64,000 bases of DNA from Pseudomonadota bacterium. Its GTDB lineage: Bacteria > Campylobacterota > Campylobacteria > Campylobacterales > Sulfurimonadaceae. Both the position numbers and the translations under genes were made by a program. Numbering within the stretch: the first letter of the stretch is position 1; every line of letters starts with the position of its first letter. Below are positions 28,558-37,697 of the stretch, one piece after another. The notes beneath the pieces are model-generated. The model was not told the origin of the DNA. It saw only the letters and a list, made by a program, of their open reading frames with translations, and ran no database searches. Where the stretch lies: NCBI GenBank assembly GCA_043797085.1, contig JAZDQA010000007.1, forward strand, positions 32,001 to 96,000. Direction: 5' to 3'.

Positions 28558-31148
28558 TGAAAATTTCCTCCTAAGGGCTCATTTAACCGTTCTGTTGTCG
28601 TGATCGCATACATCTCTCCCTTGTCATTCACCAACGCCGTTGCCGTAACCCACACTTCTTTGATTGTGCCGTTCTTGCAAAGCCGTTGTGCGAGATACGG
28701 TTTCAAAATCTCGTTACGGCTGAGCTGATAGATTTTTTCTAACTCTTTTTCCCGTACCTCTTCAGGTATTCGAGTGCGTACATTCATCATCAACGCTTCG
28801 GCTTCACTCCATCCATATATTCGTGCGGCACTGCGGTTCCATTGGAGGATATTTCCCTGTAAATCTTGTACGGAGATAGCATCGTATGCATCACGGACAA
28901 TGGTTGCCATATGGCGCAAAGACTCTTGTGCCCTCATGATTTCGGTAATATCGACAAAGGTGATAACTGCACCCTTGACGATGTTTTCAAGGGTTCGGTA
29001 AGGGATGATATGCATCATGTACCACTGACCTGTCGTGCTGTTTACTTTGATCTCTTTGGGGACCAGCGTCTCTAATACGGTTCGTATGTCTGCTTGCAGT
29101 GTGTGATATCCCACGAGAGATGAGGTGATGTGCCCGACGGGCCGCCCTATGTCGCTTGGAATGAGGTTGATGAGAAGAGTTGCCGAGGGGGTATAGCGTA
29201 AAATACAAAGGTCTTGATCCACAAACAGCGTTGCAATACCGGTACCTGAGAGAAGATTATTCATATCATTATTGGCTTGTGACAAAGCAATGACCTTCGT
29301 TTGCAGTTCAGCGTTGACGGTGGAGAGTTCTTCGTTGAGCGATTGCATCTCTTCTTTTGAGGTTTCGAGTTCTTCGTTCGTGGACTGTAACTCTTCATTG
29401 GAGGATTGCAGTTCTTCGTTCACGAGTTGCATCCCCTCCGTGTTATTGGCATGTATTTCACCAACGTTTAACGGGAAGTTCGCATCGCCGTACAAATACA
29501 GCATATCCCCGTTGGCGCTGACAAGTACACCCGTAGGAGTGTGTTGCGGCAGGGTATTTTCGAGATGGTGTGATTTTGATGACACATAAATTCCTTTGTG
29601 TACAGGTGGAATGATGGGAATGACATTATTGATAAATCCTCGTCGTTCATGCTTGAGGTTTTCATTGCATTCATACAGTTTTGATTTTTCATCCAAACTG
29701 GTAAAAAGATTATTAAACTCACCAATCCCCTCAGAAGTTCCTAAAAACAGTACGCCTCTATCATTAAGAGCATAATGGAATAAGGGGATCACTTTTTTTT
29801 GCAGTACAGAGCCCATATAGATGAGCAGGTTTCGGCAGCTGATCAGATCAAGATTGGAAAAGGGGGGGGCTTTGATCACGTCTTGCTCCGAAAAGATGAT
29901 CATATCCCGAATTTTTTTAGCAATACGGTAGTGTCTTCCATCCGGTTCCAGTGTAAAAAACTTCTCAAGCCGTTGCGGGGTGATATCTTCGGCAATGCTG
30001 ATGGGATAGAGACCGGCACGGGCAACTGCAATGGCTCTGGTATCAATATCGGTGGCAAAGATTTGTACACTATACGGGATTTTAAGTTCCTCGATTCGCT
30101 CTTCTAAGAGGATTGCCAAAGAATACGGTTCTTCACCGCTGGAACATCCGCATGACCAAACACGGATGACGCTATCGGCAGATTTCCCCTCGAAGAGTTT
30201 TGGGATGACTTTCTTTTCCAATACTTCAAAAGCTTTGGGATCGCGAAAGAAATTGGTCACCCCAATCAACAAATCACGAAACAAAGCGTCTACTTCAGTG
30301 GGAGTGTTTTGTAGATATTTGACGTAGTCTTCTATTGAATCCAGTTGATAAATGCTCATGCGACGATTAATCCGGCGACCAATGCTGCTGGGTTTGTAGT
30401 GTGAAAAATCATGACCTGTCTGATCACGAAGGAGGAGAAAAATCTTTTTTAGGCTATTTTCGTGTTTGGGGATGAGAGCAGGGATCGGAATATGAGAAAG
30501 AGACCCCCATGTATGAGCGATATAGTCCATAAGTACGCTTGCCATCTCTTCAGGCGGCAACTCATAATCGACCAATCCCGTAGCGATGGCACTGCCGGGC
30601 ATTCCGTCAAACTGGGCAGAATCACAGTCCTGCGCGATCACCATCCCCCCTTCTTTTTTGATGGCTATAACCCCTTGCTTGCCATCACTGCCTGTGCCTG
30701 AGAGGATAATACCGATGGAGTGTTCACGCAAATCCGCAGCTAAAGAACGAAAAAAGAAATCGATGGGAAGACGCTGACCTCGCGGCTCAGACGGGTCTAG
30801 CAGCTGTAACGTCCCGTCCATCAGGGCTATATTATAGTTTGGAGGGATGACATAAATGCAATTTGGTTCGATTATGACACCGTCTTTGGCCTCTAAAACG
30901 TGCATTACGGTATAACGCCCGATGATTTCCGAGAGGATACTTTTATGATCAGGTGAAAGATGTTGTATCAGAACAAAGGCACAATCAGGATGGTTCCCTC
31001 TGGGCATATTAGAAAAAAATGATTCAAACGCGGCTAATCCTCCCGCAGAAGCACCGATTCCGATGACTGGAAAAGAGGGTTTTCTGAGGATTTGTACTGA
31101 GTCTTGCTGCTTACTGCTGTTTGATTTTTTTGTGTTTGTCAAAAACAT
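28554..31148 (-). CDS. CheB methylesterase-CheR methyltransferase fusion with coiled coil and PAS domains
   Basis: GASAGG, QHL and SGTGSDG (CheB); GVTNFFRD, GCSSGEE and CRNLLIY (CheR); NEELQS repeats. Confidence 0.92.
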   Translation of the reverse strand: MFLTNTKKSNSSKQQDSVQILRKPSFPVIGIGASAGGLAAFESFFSNMPRGNHPDCAFVLIQHLSPDHKSILSEIIGRYTVMHVLEAKDGVIIEPNCIYVIPPNYNIALMDGTLQLLDPSEPRGQRLPIDFFFRSLAADLREHSIGIILSGTGSDGKQGVIAIKKEGGMVIAQDCDSAQFDGMPGSAIATGLVDYELPPEEMASVLMDYIAHTWGSLSHIPIPALIPKHENSLKKIFLLLRDQTGHDFSHYKPSSIGRRINRRMSIYQLDSIEDYVKYLQNTPTEVDALFRDLLIGVTNFFRDPKAFEVLEKKVIPKLFEGKSADSVIRVWSCGCSSGEEPYSLAILLEERIEELKIPYSVQIFATDIDTRAIAVARAGLYPISIAEDITPQRLEKFFTLEPDGRHYRIAKKIRDMIIFSEQDVIKAPPFSNLDLISCRNLLIYMGSVLQKKVIPLFHYALNDRGVLFLGTSEGIGEFNNLFTSLDEKSKLYECNENLKHERRGFINNVIPIIPPVHKGIYVSSKSHHLENTLPQHTPTGVLVSANGDMLYLYGDANFPLNVGEIHANNTEGMQLVNEELQSSNEELQSTNEELETSKEEMQSLNEELSTVNAELQTKVIALSQANNDMNNLLSGTGIATLFVDQDLCILRYTPSATLLINLIPSDIGRPVGHITSSLVGYHTLQADIRTVLETLVPKEIKVNSTTGQWYMMHIIPYRTLENIVKGAVITFVDITEIMRAQESLRHMATIVRDAYDAISVQDLQGNILQWNRSAARIYGWSEAEALMMNVRTRIPEEVREKELEKIYQLSRNEILKPYLAQRLCKNGTIKEVWVTATALVNDKGEMYAITTTERLNEPLGGNFQ

Positions 31149-31226
31149 CCCTTATTAAAAAGTTATCTTTTATCTTTACAATAATAGCTTATGTTTTTAA
31201 TTATAGCATTTATCTATCAAAAATTT

Positions 31227-31910
31227 TCATAGTTCAGCACGAAAATAAAGCCGTTCAAGTATTTTTGAACGCACTTGTATCGGGGTATTAAATTTGAATT
31301 CCGCTTCTTTGAGATAATAGGGGAAATGTTCATCACTGACCCCTTTAAAAGTCATAATAAAGTTTTCAAAATAGTACCAAAAACGTGTAATCGCATTATC
31401 GTGTTCGGATATTTTGATGATTTTACTGCTTCGCATGAATTTCGAAAATTCTTTGGCGTAGACGTCTTCGAGGTTGTCTTCTAAAAATTGTTGTTTGTAG
31501 ACTCCCAAAGAGGGCATTAAAATGGTGTAAACATGTTCACCATAGGAAAAGGTCAGAAAATTATGGGAGTCAAAAATAGCTTTTTTATTAGGACGTTTTG
31601 ACTTTTCGAGATAGAGATATTCTTCGTATTGAGACTCTTCACTGCGATGAAGATGGTATTGCTCTTCGCAATGTTTTGCCGCAAGATGACGAAAGGCTTG
31701 GTAATACTTCAAAACGGTAGCATAACTAAGAGCAAGATTTTTTGAGGCAGCAAGGGCATTTTCCTCATTGCAAAAGCAGTCCATCACTCTCAAAATCTGA
31801 TGTACACGCGCAGGACTGTACTTTTTTTTGCATTGACTGCATTTGACCATTCCATCATTCAGCAAATAGAGCGCATGGTGACAGTAAATACAATTATGAG
31901 TATGTTGCAT
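31227..31910 (-). CDS. IS1595/IS1016-like transposase derivative, probably catalytically inactive
   Basis: CIYC..CSQC Zn ribbon, HTH-like segment and C-terminal FKGV..HFPYYLKEAEFKFN; I saw no terminal inverted repeats. Confidence 0.7.
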   Translation of the reverse strand: MQHTHNCIYCHHALYLLNDGMVKCSQCKKKYSPARVHQILRVMDCFCNEENALAASKNLALSYATVLKYYQAFRHLAAKHCEEQYHLHRSEESQYEEYLYLEKSKRPNKKAIFDSHNFLTFSYGEHVYTILMPSLGVYKQQFLEDNLEDVYAKEFSKFMRSSKIIKISEHDNAITRFWYYFENFIMTFKGVSDEHFPYYLKEAEFKFNTPIQVRSKILERLYFRAEL

Positions 31911-32013
31911 TAAAGTATTGTATCACGAAGAAAATCAAACTGTAGTCCTAAAAATAAATAAGAAGATTATTTTTTTAGTTTCTTTTTATTCTATTGTCTT
32001 ATAATCGTTTATC

Positions 32014-32027
32014 TGAATGATTATTCA
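32014..32027. promoter_or_regulatory. Palindrome TGAATGATTATTCA upstream of the Ni permease/hyp operon
   Basis: Downstream of TATAAT (32000-32005); identical to the hydA site. Confidence 0.7.
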
Positions 32028-32045
32028 TAAAAGAGTGAGGATGTT

Positions 32046-32687
32046 ATGGAACTGGGTTTAATCGTAATTTTTTGGTACGGTATCTTACACGCTTTTGGTC
32101 CCGACCATTTGACCGCTATTGCTGATTTCTCAATCGGTAAAAATGCGAAAAAAACCTTTATGACGGTCAGTGCGTTTGCTGTAGGTCACGGGTTGATGCT
32201 TTTTATGTTTGCAAAGTTGCTCCAGTATTTTTCCATTCCCGAAACGGTAACCGCGTATGGTGATATTATTGCTTCCAGTGTTATTTTATCCATAGGGATT
32301 TATCTACTGTATATGGTTTACAGTAATAAAATTCATCTGCACTCCCATATCCATGATAACAAAAAACACGTACATATATGGTTTGGAAACGAACATGAAC
32401 ATCAATCAAACGGCGGGAGCAGTTCAGCTTTTAGCATTGGTGTTTTGATGGGGATTGGCGGGGTGCGCGGGATGTTGGTGACGCTGGGTATGATGCAGGG
32501 GCAAAGTATTGATTTTACAATGATTTTGGCATTTATTTTAGGTGTTATGGTGGTATTTATGGCGTTTGGATGGGTGATATTATGGATCAATAAAGATATA
32601 CTCACCAATATACAAAACGTACGCCGTGCATTTGCTACGGTGGGTGCTGTTTCCGTTTTAGTCGGCGGAAATATGCTTTTGGCGTAA
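32046..32687 (+). CDS. Nickel/cobalt permease (NiCoT/UreH-like)
   Basis: HAFGPDH signature, GHG, His-rich loop and about six transmembrane segments; first gene of the hyp operon. Confidence 0.85.
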   Translation: MELGLIVIFWYGILHAFGPDHLTAIADFSIGKNAKKTFMTVSAFAVGHGLMLFMFAKLLQYFSIPETVTAYGDIIASSVILSIGIYLLYMVYSNKIHLHSHIHDNKKHVHIWFGNEHEHQSNGGSSSAFSIGVLMGIGGVRGMLVTLGMMQGQSIDFTMILAFILGVMVVFMAFGWVILWINKDILTNIQNVRRAFATVGAVSVLVGGNMLLA

Positions 32688-32695
32688 ATTCCTCT

Positions 32696-32779
32696 GTCAT
32701 TCCGTACTTCATGTGCCCTTTAGGGTAGATACGGAATCCATAAGTATTAGATGGATACCGTGTCGTAGCACGGTATGAC
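32696..32779. repeat. REP-like doublet (GTCAT..ATCCA family); left unit carries an 18-19-nt insert
   Basis: GTCATTCCGTACTT[insert]GATACGGAATCCA paired with inverted TGGATACCGTGTCGTAGCACGGTATGAC. Confidence 0.85.
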
Positions 32780-32819
32780 GAAAAATGGAAAATAAAATAA
32801 CAAGTAGAGGATTTTAAAA

Positions 32820-33632
32820 ATGTGCAAAGACTGCGGATGTTCAATTACGGATCATGATCACCACAACCATGACGACCACCATCACGATCACGACGGTCAT
32901 CACCATGATCACGGAGATCATCATTCTCATACCCATCAAGCGGCGCATGAAACATTGCACCATAACCCACAGCTCAATGATAAAAAAACCATTGATGTTA
33001 TCAAGAAAATTTTAGATAAAAACGATCAGGAAGCACACCATAACCGTGAGCATTTTAATGAGCATGGAGTGTTGGCGATTAATCTAATGAGCTCTCCGGG
33101 AAGCGGAAAAACAGCGTTGCTAGAAGCAATGGCTGGAATTTCTCCATTTAAATTTGCCGTCATCGAAGGAGATTTGGAGACATCACGTGATGCAGATCGT
33201 CTGATTGCAAAAGGAATCAATGCCGTGCAGATTCAAACAGGAAGTGCCTGCCATCTGGATGCGTTTATGGTTCATAAAGGGCTTCATGATTTGCCGATTG
33301 CTGATTTGGATGTCTGTTTCATCGAAAATGTGGGGAATCTTGTCTGTCCGGCGAGCTATGATGTGGGGAGCCATCTCAATATCGTTTTGGTTTCCATCCC
33401 TGAGGGTGAAGACAAAATCGCCAAATATCCGGTGATGTTTCGAACAGCCGATTTGATTTTGATCACAAAAACCGATTTGCTCCCGTATTTCAAATACGAC
33501 ATGGAACGTGAGAAATCCGAAGCCCGTAAAATCAAACCGAATGTCGATATTTTAGAGGTCAATATCAACGATGAAGCCTCCGTTAAACGAGTGATCGAGT
33601 GGATTGAATTTAAACGAAAGATGAGAGCGTAA
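32820..33632 (+). CDS. hypB: Hydrogenase nickel incorporation GTPase HypB
   Basis: MCKDCGC, His-rich tract, SPGSGKT, CHLD, ENVGNLVCP and TKTD. Confidence 0.96.
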   Translation: MCKDCGCSITDHDHHNHDDHHHDHDGHHHDHGDHHSHTHQAAHETLHHNPQLNDKKTIDVIKKILDKNDQEAHHNREHFNEHGVLAINLMSSPGSGKTALLEAMAGISPFKFAVIEGDLETSRDADRLIAKGINAVQIQTGSACHLDAFMVHKGLHDLPIADLDVCFIENVGNLVCPASYDVGSHLNIVLVSIPEGEDKIAKYPVMFRTADLILITKTDLLPYFKYDMEREKSEARKIKPNVDILEVNINDEASVKRVIEWIEFKRKMRA

Positions 33633-33634
33633 TT

Positions 33635-34000
33635 ATGTGTTTATCGATACCTTCAAAAGTGGTCAAAATTGACACAGAGTTCAATATCGCAACTGTCGAT
33701 ACGATGGGAGTACAGCGAACCGCAAGTTTGGAATTGATGGAAGAGGGCTCTGTTGTGCTTGGCGATTATGTCCTTTTGCACATCGGTTTTATTATGAACA
33801 AAATCGATGAAGAAGACGCGATGGAATCGTTGCGGGTGTATCAGGAGATCCTCGAAGCGCTGGATGAAGAAGAGCGTCGAGCACTTGTTTTAGAAGACGA
33901 TAATTGCGTCAATCGAGAAACTCTCTTGGGGGAGAAGGTGAATGGCGAAGCCAGAGAAGCTCCCCTGGGGGACAATTGTGCCAATCGAGAAGCTCCATGA
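33635..34000 (+). CDS. hypC: HypC chaperone with a repeat-derived C-terminal extension
   Basis: MCLSIP and GDYVLLHIG; duplicated DNCxNRE tail. Confidence 0.93.
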   Translation: MCLSIPSKVVKIDTEFNIATVDTMGVQRTASLELMEEGSVVLGDYVLLHIGFIMNKIDEEDAMESLRVYQEILEALDEEERRALVLEDDNCVNRETLLGEKVNGEAREAPLGDNCANREAP

Positions 34001-35142
34001 GCTCACTGGAGTTAAAAGATCTGTATGACGGATTTCGAGATGCGGAGGTGATTAAAGGGTTTCAAAAACTTATCGCTTCCGAAGCCAAAAAGCTCGATCG
34101 TACCGTCAATATCATGGAAGTGTGCGGCGGGCATACCCATACAATTATGAAATACGGTCTGACGCAACTGCTCCCTAAAAACATTAACTTTATCCATGGA
34201 CCCGGTTGTCCTGTGTGCATCATGCCAAAAGAACGCATTGATCATGCGTATGTACTTGCCCTGCAAAGTGATGTGATTTTGCTCACGCTTGGGGATATGA
34301 TAAAAGTTCCGGGAAGTCATGGCTCACTTCAAGATGCACGTGCAAAGGGTGCAGATGTACGCTATGTCTATTCGCCGATGGACGCGCTCAAAGTTGCCGA
34401 GGAAAATCCCGATAAAAAGATTGTTTTCTTTGCCATCGGATTTGAGACTACGACACCAATGACAGCCGCATTGCTCGATATCGTCATTAAAAGAGGGATT
34501 AAGAATATCTTTTTTCATATCAACCACGTCACTGTACCCGAAGTGATGACAGAGCTGATCGATAGCCGAGATGAACACGTCAACAGCTATGACCACCGTA
34601 TCGATGCGTTTATCGGACCTTCTCACGTCAGTGTTATCAGCGGATCGAAAATCTACGAAAAGTTTCCCAAAGAGTATCATATTCCTGTCGTCGTAGCGGG
34701 ATTTGAACCCGTCGATGTGATGGAAGCTATTTACATGATGATCAAACAGTTTAACGAGGGGCGAAGCGATTTGGAAATCCAGTACAAACGACTCGTCACC
34801 CCTGAGGGAAATCTGAAAGCGCAAGGCCTTATCGAACACTATTTCGAGAAAGTGGATTTGTTTAAATGGAGAGGGATGGGAAATGTTCCCAACAGCGGGT
34901 TGAAGCTTCGGGATGAATTTGCACCGTATGATGCGGAGGTATTGTTCAAAGATATTCTCCCATACGAAGAGATCGACGACCATAAACTCTGTATCTGCGG
35001 TGATATCTTACGCGGATTTGCCAAACCTCAGGAATGCAGTGTATTTGGAACAGCATGCAAGCCCAGTTCTCCATTGGGAAGCTGTATGGTGAGTTCAGAG
35101 GGGGCGTGTGCTGCTTATTATAAGTATGGAAATTTATTGTAG
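33997..35142 (+). CDS. hypD: Hydrogenase formation protein HypD
   Basis: MEVCGGHT, GPGCPVC, GFETT and CMVSSEGAC. Start revised to ATG 33997 (ATGA overlap with hypC). Confidence 0.96.
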   Translation: MSSLELKDLYDGFRDAEVIKGFQKLIASEAKKLDRTVNIMEVCGGHTHTIMKYGLTQLLPKNINFIHGPGCPVCIMPKERIDHAYVLALQSDVILLTLGDMIKVPGSHGSLQDARAKGADVRYVYSPMDALKVAEENPDKKIVFFAIGFETTTPMTAALLDIVIKRGIKNIFFHINHVTVPEVMTELIDSRDEHVNSYDHRIDAFIGPSHVSVISGSKIYEKFPKEYHIPVVVAGFEPVDVMEAIYMMIKQFNEGRSDLEIQYKRLVTPEGNLKAQGLIEHYFEKVDLFKWRGMGNVPNSGLKLRDEFAPYDAEVLFKDILPYEEIDDHKLCICGDILRGFAKPQECSVFGTACKPSSPLGSCMVSSEGACAAYYKYGNLL

Positions 35143-35153
35143 GTAGGGATAGT

Positions 35154-35828
35154 ATGAATAATCATAACTGCTTGAAAAAATTAAAAGAGTATAAAAAATA
35201 CGTTAAACGTTTTGTTAACTCTCGCAAGAGCAGACCTAAAAATATTCATACCTTGAGAGTACTAAGCCGAGAACTCTATTCATTGCTTAGTGATGCTGAC
35301 CCTTTTTACGAAAGAGTCAAAAAAGTAATTAAAATAAGCAATAAAATAAGAGATACCGATGTTTTTTTTGAGATCTTTCTCCCATCTTTGCCAAAAAAAT
35401 ATCGCAATAAGCTGGAGATAGAGAGTATAAAAAAATATACCATGAAGAGTAGAAAAAAGAAGATAGAGAAGCTGCACAAATATCTAAAATCTTTAGTTAT
35501 TCCTAAAAGTGTTCTGTTCGCAAGTGAGAATCATGAATTGACTTTTATTAGCAGCGAAGAGTTGAGATTAGATAAAACCCAGTTGCATAAATATAGAATT
35601 TATATAAAAAAAGTATTGGCAAAAGAAAAAAACAGCTTTCCGATAAATGAGACAAAAATAAAAATTCTGACTAAAATCAAAGATATTTTAGGAACGATAC
35701 ATGACAATTATAATGGGATGGAGAGGTTAAGTATGTGCAGTGTAAATCCTGTTTTGCTAAGTGAAATAGAAAATTTTATACAAGAAGAGAATGTAAAACT
35801 TTATAATCAATTTAAAAGCTTAAATTGA
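35154..35828 (+). CDS. CHAD-domain protein (polyphosphate-binding family)
   Basis: IHTLRV, IRDTDV, LHKYRIYIKK and LGTIHD; very Lys-rich. Confidence 0.75.
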   Translation: MNNHNCLKKLKEYKKYVKRFVNSRKSRPKNIHTLRVLSRELYSLLSDADPFYERVKKVIKISNKIRDTDVFFEIFLPSLPKKYRNKLEIESIKKYTMKSRKKKIEKLHKYLKSLVIPKSVLFASENHELTFISSEELRLDKTQLHKYRIYIKKVLAKEKNSFPINETKIKILTKIKDILGTIHDNYNGMERLSMCSVNPVLLSEIENFIQEENVKLYNQFKSLN

Positions 35829-35848
35829 AAAGATATGAGGAGTCTATC

Positions 35849-36331
35849 ATGAAAAAAGTTTATTTAATCAGACATGCCAAATCAAGTCGGGAGGATTTTT
35901 TACTCGATGACTTTGAGAGACCGTTGAATAAAAGAGGCAAATTTGATGCACCTTTAATGGGCGCTAGACTACACGATAAAAAAATTATGCCCGACACAAT
36001 CTTGTCAAGTCCGGCAGTTAGGGCTAAAACTACGGCAGAGATAATTGCAAAAAAAATAGGATTTGAAAAAGAGATTGTATTTATAAAAGATATTTACGAA
36101 GCAAGCGCGACGACACTTCACAAAATATTGACCAAAATAGCGGATAAAAATAATATAGTGTTTTTGTTCGGACACAATCCGAGTTTGAATGAACTGGCTG
36201 AAAACTACATTCATTTTAACGAAAACATCCCGACATGCGCAGTCGTGGAAATAGACTTTGACTGTAACAGCTGGGCAGATATAAGTGCAGACAATGCAAG
36301 ATTAGTCTTATTCGATTATCCGAAAAAATAA
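35849..36331 (+). CDS. SixA-like histidine phosphatase
   Basis: LIRHAKS, RPLNKRG, SSPAVRA and GHNP. Start revised to ATG 35849, after GAGGAG. Confidence 0.9.
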   Translation: MKKVYLIRHAKSSREDFLLDDFERPLNKRGKFDAPLMGARLHDKKIMPDTILSSPAVRAKTTAEIIAKKIGFEKEIVFIKDIYEASATTLHKILTKIADKNNIVFLFGHNPSLNELAENYIHFNENIPTCAVVEIDFDCNSWADISADNARLVLFDYPKK

Positions 36332-36461
36332 AAGAGCAGGGGAGGGCACGCCGCTTATAGAATTTATGTTGGGTGTTATTTTTAGAATCAATACAAAAGG
36401 TCGGTAATGATTTTATTGAAACAGGAATACTATAAAACAACAAACTTACCAAAGGAAAAAA

Positions 36462-36689
36462 ATGAGTGAAGAGGAAAAAAACAAAAACAATCCGTTGGAT
36501 GGGATTAAACTTCAGGAGATTTTAGAGAGTTTGGTTGAACGTTATGGATTTGAAGAGTTAAGTCGTCGCATAAATGTTAGATGCTTTTTGATAAATCCGA
36601 CTATAAACTCATGTCTAAAGTTTCTTAGAAAGACACCTTGGGCGAGAACGAAGGTGGAAGAGTTATATATAAAGATTATGAAAAAGTAG
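36462..36689 (+). CDS. VF530/DUF2132 small DNA-binding-like protein
   Basis: NPLDGIKL..RCF..LKFLRKTPWARTKVEELY. Confidence 0.85.
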   Translation: MSEEEKNKNNPLDGIKLQEILESLVERYGFEELSRRINVRCFLINPTINSCLKFLRKTPWARTKVEELYIKIMKK

Positions 36690-36698
36690 GTAGAAAAG

Positions 36699-37697
36699 AT
36701 GACAAAAACAATCACATTAGCCCAAGGCAACGGCGGCGAAGAAAATGCGCAGCTTATTTCGAAAATCTTTTACAAACATTTCAAAAATGAGATTTTAGCA
36801 AAAAGTGAAGATGCGGCGATTATTGATGGTGGTCGTTTAGCTTTTACGACTGACAGTTTTACCGTGAGTCCCATCTTTTTTGACGGTGGCGATATCGGCA
36901 AACTCAGTATCTGCGGAACGTGCAATGATTTGGCGATGATGGGGGCGAAACCTACGTATATGACGTGTGCGGTGATTGTCGAAGAGGGGTTTCCGATTGC
37001 TGATTTGGAAAAAATTGTTCGGTCGATGAAAAAAGAGCTTGATATTAATGGAGCTATGATCGTGTGCGGAGATACGAAAGTGGTTCCGCGCGGGGCTGTT
37101 GATAAGATTTTTATCAATACAACCGGTGTCGGAGTCGTCCAAAAAAGCGGGATTTCATCAAACAGTGTCAGTACTTCGGATAGTATTATTATTTCCAACC
37201 AAATAGGCAAGCACGGTGCGACGATTTTTGCCAACCGTGAGGGGATGGAGTTTAGCTCTGCCTTGCAAAGCGATTGTACTTCGTTGTGGCCGTTGGTCGA
37301 AAAACTCCTCGCTGAGGGTATTGCGATCACGGCAATGCGTGATGCAACGCGCGGCGGTGTCGCAGCAGTGCTCAACGAGTGGGCTGCGCAATCAAAAGTG
37401 TGTATCGAAGTAAGTGAAGAAACGCTTCCCGTGAGCGATGAGGTACGGGGAATTTGTGAAATACTAGGATTTGAAGCGTACAACCTTGCCAATGAGGGGA
37501 CATTTGTTTTGGCGGTAAAGAGAGAAGATGCCCAAAAAGCAGTAGAGATTTTGCAGGGCTTTGAAGAGGCACATCATGCGGCGGTTATCGCTGAAGTAAC
37601 GCATCAGTATGACGGACGTGTTGTCTTATTAAGTGCATGGGGATCGAAACGGTTTATGGATTTACCGACGGGTGAGTTATTGCCTCGGATATGTTAA
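36699..37697 (+). CDS. hypE: Carbamoyl dehydratase HypE
   Basis: TTDSF, GDTKVV, MRDATRGG and C-terminal PRIC. Confidence 0.96.
   Translation: MTKTITLAQGNGGEENAQLISKIFYKHFKNEILAKSEDAAIIDGGRLAFTTDSFTVSPIFFDGGDIGKLSICGTCNDLAMMGAKPTYMTCAVIVEEGFPIADLEKIVRSMKKELDINGAMIVCGDTKVVPRGAVDKIFINTTGVGVVQKSGISSNSVSTSDSIIISNQIGKHGATIFANREGMEFSSALQSDCTSLWPLVEKLLAEGIAITAMRDATRGGVAAVLNEWAAQSKVCIEVSEETLPVSDEVRGICEILGFEAYNLANEGTFVLAVKREDAQKAVEILQGFEEAHHAAVIAEVTHQYDGRVVLLSAWGSKRFMDLPTGELLPRIC

Noticed and set aside
29320..29430. 21-bp periodic repeats
   Set aside because: They encode the NEELQS heptad coiled coil of the CheB-CheR fusion and are not an array.
31227..31910. Active insertion sequence
   Set aside because: I found no terminal inverted repeats or target duplication, and the catalytic motifs look degenerate; it is reported as a derivative instead.
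16111..32779. Palindromic repeats considered as CRISPR or integron attC sites
   Set aside because: There is no regular repeat-spacer array and no cas or integrase gene; they occur as isolated inverted doublets.
32848..32940. CAY/GAY-rich tandem-like repeats
   Set aside because: They encode the ordinary His-rich Ni-binding tract of HypB.
34324..37492. Long antisense ORFs (219 aa, 240 aa) and similar ones throughout the track
   Set aside because: They lie opposite well-supported genes (hypD, hypE and others) and have no motifs; they are a by-product of codon structure.
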